Of a stretch of DNA of 57,610 bases, positions 26,866 to 35,982 are shown piece after piece (position 1 is the first letter of the stretch; every line of letters starts with the position of its first letter). A program made the position numbers and the translations under genes. The stretch comes from Nemertoderma westbladi. Lineage: Eukaryota > Animalia > Xenacoelomorpha. The stretch covers positions 1 to 57,610 of the forward strand of contig JAUCBJ010004502.1 in the NCBI GenBank assembly GCA_032718475.1, given 5' to 3'. The notes beneath the pieces are model-generated. The model saw only the letters and a program-made list of their open reading frames with translations, searched no databases and was not told where the DNA came from.

Positions 26866-27030
26866 CCAATGTAATTGCAGTTATTTGATAGTAACCAATG
26901 TCGTGTAAGATATGTGTTTGCTGGACCAATAGTTATCTTTAAAATCCAATATAACTCATGGAATGTTCTTGATTGTTTGCAGCACTAATTTGCTATAAAA
27001 GGTGCAGTTTCGTTCATTAGTTATCAATCT
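26866..27030 (+). promoter_or_regulatory. Pol II promoter-like region of element C
   Basis: Four CCAAT boxes followed by TATAAAAGG at 26994; same layout as 53435-53700. Confidence 0.55.
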
Positions 27031-29259
27031 ATATCTATACAACATTCACTTAGTATTTCTGTTAGTTGTTTAAGATTACATTGTTGGTCATCTGTAATAA
27101 ATCAGAATTATCGCTCTATCTGCCTTATCTTTTATTATGCTTCACTACGGTGAACCCAATTGAGGGACAGATGTCTGGCTAGAGAGCGGACCGCAGCGGT
27201 AGACGGGAACATCGAGGGAATGTAGGAGGAGACAACCCACAATATCATTCTTAGTTATTCACCCATCGCCTGAAAGGTTAGACAGCGTTCGATGCCTTGC
27301 TACCTAAGTGTAAGACCAAAGATCGAAGGTAGAGGTAGTGACACGCTGTACGCCTAAAATTACATCTAGAGACTGTACTGTCTTAATTCAGAGAAAACCT
27401 GCAGTAGACCTTCAAATTCCTACGGGGGGGGGGGGGGGAGGGGAGGAGGAGAGCAGGCAGAGAGATACTAGTACACAGATAGGACGCAGGCACACCAGTA
27501 CAAAGCATACACATTGGTAGGGTACAGCAAGCTGTACGCCTAACTCTTGCTAGGTATAGGTGCGTCGGTGACTGTTTGTAGTACAACGGTGTCCATTTGC
27601 GTTAGAACTTGTAGGCTAGAAGAAGGGTTACTGTGTTTTACCTGAATTGGGATTGTGCCGTTCAGGCGGTAGGGCAGTTTATTGCTAGGCGGAAATAAAT
27701 TGAGGCTATTAGGGATACTAACATCTACCGTGTCCCCACCGACATCCTGATAGGGAGTTGCCGTGCCCACCTAGGCAACCAAAATTCTAGATAGGACGCC
27801 AGGCCAGCTATTCGTAACTGTACGCCTACAGTAGTAAACTAACACATTTCTTCTTAGTATTAGGGACCTGGTAAATAAAATTGCCGAATTCTGGGCGTAG
27901 CATTAACCTTATGCCTGAATTTGAGTCCTGGAAATACACAAAAGGGGAAGGAGCCTTATCATTCGTGAGTATTGGACCTACAAGTTACAAAATTAGAATA
28001 AAATGTACACCGGACCCAATAATTATATATGTGAAGGATTAAAACTGATTTTGACCGTTAGAATCAAGACACACACGCGTTAGAAATTATTTATACCTCG
28101 AAATATACAAAATATATAAAATAATTTTGTCCATACTGCGCTTTACCCGCTAGTTATTTGTAGCTAGCGCCTCTCTATCTCTCACCGCATATAAATCACA
28201 CCGTGGCAAAGTATACGAGCGCCCTTAGTCCGTCAGTGAGTCAGCCTGATTTTAGGATTCGCTGCGCGGGATTTTGTTTATCGAAGTTTGTCCGTTCGTA
28301 GACTGTTTTCTGCCTCACCGGTTATAAGAGACCGATACTGCAATAGATTAGCCTACTTAGAGTTTACTGTTTTGGTGAGAAGGTCGGATTACGTTTGATT
28401 CTCAGACTTTACAGTAGGATATTGCAGGGTACGTTGCTGTCTCTTCCAATAGTAGGAATGTGTTTTACTGAAAAAACGGTTCAGTAGGACTAAAGTTATT
28501 TAAATTTTGTATTTTGAGGTAAAAATTTGTATTTGATTAGCTAAGTGCTAATTTTTTGAAATAAAATTTGATTTGAACCGAGTGTAAAATATTTGGAATT
28601 GAATACCGGTGTTTAAAAGGGTTTAAATACCATATTGTACCGGTACAAAATTTTCGTAAAAAGTAAAACCAAACTCTTTTGTTTTTCAGGATTCAGAGCT
28701 CATTTCTAGACTGTAACGGGAGCAAGACCGTGTTTAGCAAGTTTGGGAGATAGATAACTCAACAACTTTGGTTGGGAAAATCGCACTTCGTCCGCAACGC
28801 TGGAAACGGAAAGGTTCACGTCCGGTTTGTATCTGGGAATCTGTTTCTCTGGAGAATTATTGGAGTGGGTAAGTTTGAAAAGTTGCATAAATCAGTTAGG
28901 CATTACCGTATTAGTTAAAATTATTGTGGGTTCCACTGTCTCAAGTATTTATGCATTCCGTACGATTTCTTTGTTTATTGCTGAATTAGTCCGTAATTAT
29001 TTGTGTTTGATTTACATTTTGATAACGTATATCGTTATCTGATTTATTTGTTATAAAATTGGCCATTAGGCTAATTTTATTATATACTTATACCGTGACA
29101 TTTATTTGCTGTAAAATTGGCCGTTAGGCTAATTTTATCCATTTGCTATAAAATCGGCCGGTAGGCTAATTTTATATGACTGTAATTAGTACCGTTTAGA
29201 TATAAATACGGTAAGTTTGATACTTTGACACTCACTTTACTTGACTTACAACTACCGAA

Positions 29260-31387
29260 ATGAGTGACAAACAAGACTTTACGAAGAATACACCTACCGA
29301 CTATGACTCATGTGACGCGGATAAGTCAGCAGCGGAAGAACCACAGGGGAAGACTCGTGAGCCTACCGAACCTATACCGTGTGCGTCACCAGTACATCCA
29401 ACGGGAGTACCGGATGCCGTAGTACGAGGCGATGGCAGGACCGAGGACTTTCTAACTGTTCCGCAACCTAGATATAGGGAAACGGACATGGTAAGTTCAG
29501 CAGGAAGCCAGGAAAGCGTTGTTAGAAGCGTCGGAGGTTACATGGCGCATATTACCAGGAGTATTGGAGAAGGATAACGCATATTAGACGAGTTGACCGC
29601 TCCGATGTCTCGGTTTGAGTTCTACACCCTCCAGGTTAGAGTACAGAGTAAAGTACATAAGTCCGTAGATAACCTTATCAGTCTACAAGATCTAGCTAGA
29701 CAGAGACAGGACGTGGACACTCAACTTAGAATCCTCGAGAAATTAATGATCGCCAGGGAACGCTTAATTCAGTTTAAGTTGACTGTTAGACAGATACAAC
29801 AGGAACAAGCGGATAAGTTATTAGGTGAGTCAGTTTCGGACGAATTATTGCAACCCGAGGAAGAACAGGAACTGTACAAACTGGATGGACAATTAAAACA
29901 TCTGACGGATCACTTGCGTATGTGTGGCGAAAACGTCGGAGATTGGGAAACTTCACCCGCACAAATCGAACCGGCACCAGGGATACTAGATCAATCACTG
30001 GTGAGTATTCGCAGTGAAATTGGCGAGGTGAGTATAGTAACGTCAGAAATTTCTCGACAACAACAACAGTACCACAGACAACAACGAGAAATAGAAGAAC
30101 AAACTCAACTGTTAACGGTACAAGCGGCCGTAGAGGAAGAGAAACTACGCGTTGCGAATGTTGCGAGAATCTCTCATCTACAAGAAGCAGCTGAACTAGA
30201 AGCGGCCGAGATGGAAAGGTTAGAGTTGGACATTGCGCAACAAACGGCAGCAGCCGAGTTAGCGCAACAAACGGCAGCGGCCGAGTTAGAGCGACAAACG
30301 GCAGCGGCAGCGGCTGAGTTAGAGCGACAAAGGCAAGCTTCGGAAGCTCGAGCCGAGTTGAGAAAACGGCAGATAAAGGCTCAATCAGCTATACGACAAG
30401 CGGAGTTCGAAGCGCAACAACAACGGACGGAACAACGTGAGAAAGAAGTTAAACTTCATTTCGAACTTGAAAGAAAGGCGAGAGAACTAGCTGAAGCCAA
30501 GGAAGATCTGGATCTTCTAGCTCGCGATCGATTGATGAGATCTCGAGACGGACATGATCTAGACCAGTTAGAGGTAAGGCATAGTCAGATTCAGGAACGA
30601 AAGAAGGAAGGAAGTGTAGGAGCACCTGGACGAGAACGACAATTAGTAAAAGACTTATGTCAACGATTCCCACAAGTAACTCCTATGTTTGCACCGATTA
30701 CGACTAAGGAACCTGTTTCGATTGCGGGTAGTAGTAATATTTCTCCTATCCATAGTACGACGGAACACAGGTATGTTATTCCGGACAAGTTTATACCGCC
30801 AAGAGCGACGTCGTCGCCTATTCCGAAAGTCAAGGTTAGTAACCCGCCGATTACCGATTGTAGTAGTTTATTGACCGGACCTGCACTAATAACGACTAAA
30901 CAGGTGAGTCCACCTTCGACATCGAAACCTGTCACGCACTACGAATACCCAATGACGTTTCTGCCTACAAGGCCTTTGGATTCAAACGCTATCACGCGAC
31001 CACCGACTCAGTTTACATCGCAATCTACGACTTCGAGGAAGACTTGTGAGCCTACCGAACGACAGAAACCAGTAGACGATGTTCCGAAACGGAATGTTAG
31101 AATTCGAACGACGCAACGGACGCGAGCACGTCGACCACCGTATCCAGGTGACAGTAGTACTTCGAGTGAATCGGATTACCCGGAACGCGAGGTATTTAGA
31201 ACAGGAGCGGCCGACGAATGTAAACGTGAGCGTTCAGACAATTCCTTTATCGAGAATCCTCCGCAAAATACACCAACACAAAAGGCGTTACAACCAACGG
31301 ACGCAATCAGTACACAACAATTCGCCGACATTCTGCGACCAGTTGTCAACAAGTTGGCCCAGATTGAGGAACGCTTACCTAAAGAGG
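29260..31387 (+). pseudogene. gag N-terminal part of element C
   Basis: ORFs 29260-29577 and 29593-31401 share a frame split by one TAA, where element D has TTT. Coiled-coil and P/S/T-rich regions. Confidence 0.8.
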
Positions 31388-32569
31388 TGAGGTCTCTATA
31401 GGGGTGAGCGTAACAGGCGGCGGTGGACTCGTGAGGGTCCGGGGGCAAGTTAAATCTCCTCATAAGTGCAAGGGAGATACTGAAGGCCCTCGTGTCTAAC
31501 GAACCATGAATTGCCATGGTGCCGTGGTACCGTCTAGTCGGCCTGTTGCTGTACTGCCAGTCCTGTACACAGTAGGGGTGGTGGCATGGCATGATTTGTG
31601 GTTCATGTGGCGTGAACTATGTTTTGTATGTGGGCGATCAGTGGCAGTTTGCTTGGGGCTTGGATGGTTCCATTGGCTAGCAGCTGTTCCGTTTTTTTGA
31701 TACTATATATTATTGTCTCCATGTTCAGCTGATTGGTCTTTGGTGGCATTGGATTAAACCGTCTGGTCTTTGAGCTTTCTGTTGCTGTGGGTACGTGAGT
31801 ACACGTGATTGTATGTGTGGCCACTGCGAGTGAGTATGGGAACCCTTGCCAGTTGGACCAGACGCTGCTGGTATTAGTAGGACCATACTTTACTGCGCCC
31901 CAGCATACTTTGTGCAGACAAAGTTATTTTACCCTGTCGGTAAAATAAAGTACTCTCGACTCTTTTCCTGTTCTTGTCGATACAATTTTGTCCCCTCCGA
32001 TTTGTCTTTCCCGATTTTGACCCCGATTTTGTCTTACCCGATTATGTCCTCTGTGTGTGCATGGTATGTGTCAGATTTTGTGTTTACCGTAGTGTACTTG
32101 ATTTCGTGAACATCTGTTGAGTACACGTGTACAGGACGGGTAAGTGATTACTTGTTCCTAGCTTTCGAGCTAGTCAATATTGTTTGTGGAACTTACTTCC
32201 CCTCAATATTGCCAGCGAGGCAGGTGAAAACGTGTCAAAATTCCAATGTTGGGTAGCGCAAGCCCACGTGGGACAAGACCGTCGGTTAGGCCCAAGGGCG
32301 ACCTTGGTGCTCGATCACTATCGACTGGTCCACCTGCCGGTTGACTCTTTGTTATACTTTGAGTTGGCTCAATGTACAGTCAGGCCACAGTAAGTTGACA
32401 GTAGCCGCCCATCTGGCTACACGTTCGACGAGCTGTGCTGGTGTGATCGGGGGACCGAAAACAGAACCCGGGAAGCATCAGGCCACCCTACGGCCTGGTC
32501 TGATAATAACATCTGTCAGACTGGCCCCAGGGGTGGTGGAAACACGTCCGCCTTGTGGGTGCACCTCGG
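31388..32569. mobile_element. ~1.18-kb non-coding insertion in gag of C, probable solo LTR
   Basis: Abrupt loss of coding character; TGAGG...CCTCG termini; imperfect flanking repeat AGAGG/GGAGG; TATA-like at ~31704 and AATAAA at ~31944. Confidence 0.5.
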
Positions 32570-32574
32570 GGAGG

Positions 32575-34287
32575 AGCCCAAAAGGACGAAAGTGGGAGGA
32601 AGTTCAAACTGATAGTTCGAGGAACACCGAGTTCGAACACAATAGACACTCGAAGGATCCGCAAAGACCAATACCTTCGAGAAACACCTCGTATCAGAGA
32701 AAAGCGCCAAGAAGGGAGAACATCAACCAGCTTACCAACCAAGGACGTGAAACTCTGAACGTTGCCGAGGAAATAGCGAAATTCGCAGCTAGACAAGGAC
32801 TACCGGTGCAACAACCACCTAAGTTTTCCGGTAACTCCAAACACTGGCATACTTTCGTAGACTATATTGAATCTCAGATCACTGTGTGCGCCTTTACATC
32901 AAGGGAGAAGTTCAACTACCTGCTTCAAACGTTGTCGGGAGAACCCAAACGTTTGGCAGAGACCTTTGTTGGTGTACCAGACGCCTTCGAACTAGCGTAT
33001 GATCGCTTAACTTCGATCTACGGAGGTACAGTCAGTATGGCCAAGTCAGTGATAGAGGAACTCTGTAAGGGAGGGGCTATTACCAAACCCGTCGACTTAC
33101 TGAAACTGGCTGACGAAATTAAGAACGCTATCACTACGTTAAGATCTATTGGACAACTTGACTACGGGAATACCCCTACAGTCCTATTAAAGATCATAGG
33201 GAGACTCCACCATCGACTTCGTCGGGAGTGGAGGAAGATCGAATTCCAGCACGAAGAAAGGGGTGGATTCTTAAAACTGGAAGATGTATGCCTTTTAATA
33301 TCCAAGGAAGCGGTGGTAGAGATGTGATCCAACTACACTGACCAACACATCGTAGCGGAGGGAATAACCTTACCATCCTCCTACCAACAAAAACAGCCGA
33401 CGACATCCACCAAGATGGCCACTTACGCCACACCGACGGAAAGCCGACAATTTTCGGACGGTATCAGGGTGTCTGCGCCCATTGGAACAAAACAAACCAG
33501 ACAACAACTGAATGCAGACTTCAGCGGTTGCCAATACTGCGAGCAGTTAGGCAAGCGGCATACCGGTCACAAGTTAAGAGGTTGTCGGTTATTTCGTGAG
33601 TTAAACTCGGTAGAACGACGGCTGCAAATACGGCCATTAGATTCTTGTTGGCAGTGTACGCAACATGGACACGTCCGTAAGGACTGCCCAAATACCGACA
33701 CATGTCCTTCCTGTGGACGCAACCATGACGGTCTGCTCCACACAGACAGCCATACGCCGACAAAACGCTTCACCAGGGAACACCCGGAAGCTGCAGCAAA
33801 ATGCAATACTGCATACAGGAATCGAGAATCGAGAACGACGCTGACATTTGTGACGCACATTAGGGATTGCTTCTCAGAACAATCCGGATCGTCGGACGAA
33901 GAGTCGGAAGACGACGACGCTTATTTTGATACTGGGGACGAACAACCATCGATTGCGCTTCTGACGCCTGATCAGCTGAAGGGATTCAGCATAATTCCTG
34001 TCAAGATTACGGGCACCAAAGGGAGCAAAAGGATCTACGCTATCCTGGATTCAGCCTCATCTCATAGCTACGTGGACGAGAAGGTAGCTGATGTCGTGAC
34101 AGATCTACGACAAGGTAAGCACGTCAAATATACTGTAAGTAGTATGCATGGACAACGTGCAATACCAGTGACACGAGTTAAGTTAAACCTAGACACTCTT
34201 CTTCCGAAATCGCAACATAGCGAAAGAGAGAGGTCTTTGTTACCCTTTAAGGATCTAACCTTTGTGGCCACGAAGGACTTTAGTAAC
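32575..34287 (+). pseudogene. gag core, zinc knuckles and protease N-part of element C
   Basis: PKFSGNSKHWHTF...KFNYLLQTLSGEP; BEL-type knuckles (CWQCTQHGHVRKDC, CPSCGRNHDGLLH); AILDSAS protease; one in-frame TGA at 33325. Confidence 0.85.
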
Positions 34288-35817
34288 TGTTGCCGTTATC
34301 CCTACACCAGGGGGAAAAAACGCCGATGCTGGAGACGTGACTTAACAGACCACCGAGCCCCGGCCAGTCACCGGATATTGATTGTGGGGAGGGAATATTT
34401 TCTGAGATGCAAGTTTGCGGTTGATAAAAAGCTGCATTAGTTGGATATACTCTTTAATGTAACTTCCTATAGTTGAAACCCGTTCAACATCATTGAAACT
34501 TGATTAAGAATAATTTTGGGCTTCCCCAAATCAATATACACCAAATATTCACAATAATTATACGCGATAATATAAATCCCTACAGTATATTATTTAATTA
34601 CCCACTGTTCGCTCAGAATTTTAGCCTACCTAATGTTCCCCAGATTTTCCCTCGGTCCCAGTCTTAGTGCCGTAGTGTCGGTGTCGGTCGACCCTGTCGC
34701 GTGTCCGTTCCACCCCTCACGAACCCCGAAGGGAACGATCATCGAGAACCAGCCCGGCTTGGCTAAGGGTCGGTCCAGTCGGTAGACTCTGTCGCGTATC
34801 CGTACCACCCCTCTCGAACCCCGAAGGGTTCGGTCATCGAGAACCAGTACGGCTTGGCTAGGAGTCTGTCGTGTCGGTGGACCCATTCGCGTGTCCGTTC
34901 CACCCCTCACGAACCCCGAAGGGTTCGATCATCGAGAACCAGAACGGCTTGGCTAGGGGTCCGTCGGTTCATCACAGAAACCCAACCACCTAGGCTTTCC
35001 GAGTCCGTTTCAGGCTCGTAGTCGCTTCGGCAGCCGAGAAACTGCTCCGAACAGTCGAGAACCAGAATCATCGAGAACCAGTATGGCTTGGCTAAGGGGT
35101 CTGTCGTCGGTTCCCGTCGCAAATCCCAGTACAAGCAGTCAGCGTTCCGAGTTCTTTTCAGTCTCGTAGTAGCTGCCGTTGACCAGAGACCGCTAAGGGC
35201 AGTTCTCGTCAAACCCGTCCTGTGGCCAGCCCTTTCGCATGTCCGTCCCACCCCTCGCGAACCCCGAAGGGATCGGTCATCGAGAACCAGTACGGCTTAG
35301 GTCAGGGGGCAGTCGTTAGTTGGCCACCCGTTCGCGTGTCCGCTCCACCCCTCACGAACCCCGGGGTTCGATCATCGAGAACCAGAACGGCTTGGCTACT
35401 AAGGGGCCGTCGGTGCCCGTCGCAAATCCCTGACACAAGCAGTCAGCGGTCCGAGTTCTTTTCAGTCTCGTAGTGGCTGCTGTTGGCCAGGGACCGCTAA
35501 GGGCAGTCCTTGTCCTTTAGGCCTGGCGCATTACCAAATCCACCCCTACAGGCTGCAGGAAGTTGGCCAGGGCCTAATAGTACTCAGGCTAACCTGAATA
35601 CTGCTTGCATTTTCCATCCCCCCCTGGCCCTTATAACTATGAAATTATTCCCGTACCCTGTAAGTTGCCCCAAAGTTCGCCCATAAATCGCCCCCAGTTT
35701 ATTGAATGTGCCCAAAACCCCTGGTCCCGCACCCAGTAGTAATATCGGAATAATCAATTTTAAATAAAATACAAAAATATTCAACTCGCGTTATGGAAAG
35801 TTGAAATACCGCGAACA
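34288..35817 (-). repeat. 3' LTR of element B (1530 bp)
   Basis: Direct repeat of 48611-50213 with about a dozen substitutions and three indels; adjacent to the PPT. Confidence 0.97.
34689..35479 (-). ncRNA. putative structured RNA array (kink-turn/UUCG hairpins) in the 3' LTR
   Basis: Five intact units plus one remnant; stems covary between units (see findings). Expression unproven. Confidence 0.6.
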
Positions 35818-35828
35818 GTCCCCCCCAA
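35818..35828 (-). other. polypurine tract of element B
   Basis: Minus strand reads TTGGGGGGGAC immediately before the TGTTCGCGG LTR start. Confidence 0.75.
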
Positions 35829-35982
35829 TGACCTTCGTGAAGTCTGTCGGTCGATTGAGTTTGCGTAGGTCATTCCCAATATAAAAAACCCAAATTTAAT
35901 ATTGCATAGTTTTTAATTAATTTGGCCTAGAGTTTGTATAAAAATAAATGTTCGATAAATGTTCCTGGAATATCCCGATCCA

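Noticed and set aside
31387-32575. Intron in gag of C (AG/GTGAG donor at 31387)
   Set aside because: No in-phase acceptor with a pyrimidine tract where gag resumes; the termini fit an insertion better.
34626-35473. Short ORFs inside the element B LTRs, one sharing TRLKRTRNA with ORF3
   Set aside because: By-products of GC-rich repeats; the shared peptide reflects the 32-nt nucleotide match, and the frames differ between the two LTRs.
34689-35479. Hammerhead ribozyme or SECIS reading of the LTR hairpins
   Set aside because: The core is CGAUGA rather than CUGANGA and has no GAAA partner. The upper helix is only 7 bp with UUCG and lacks the apical AAR of a SECIS.
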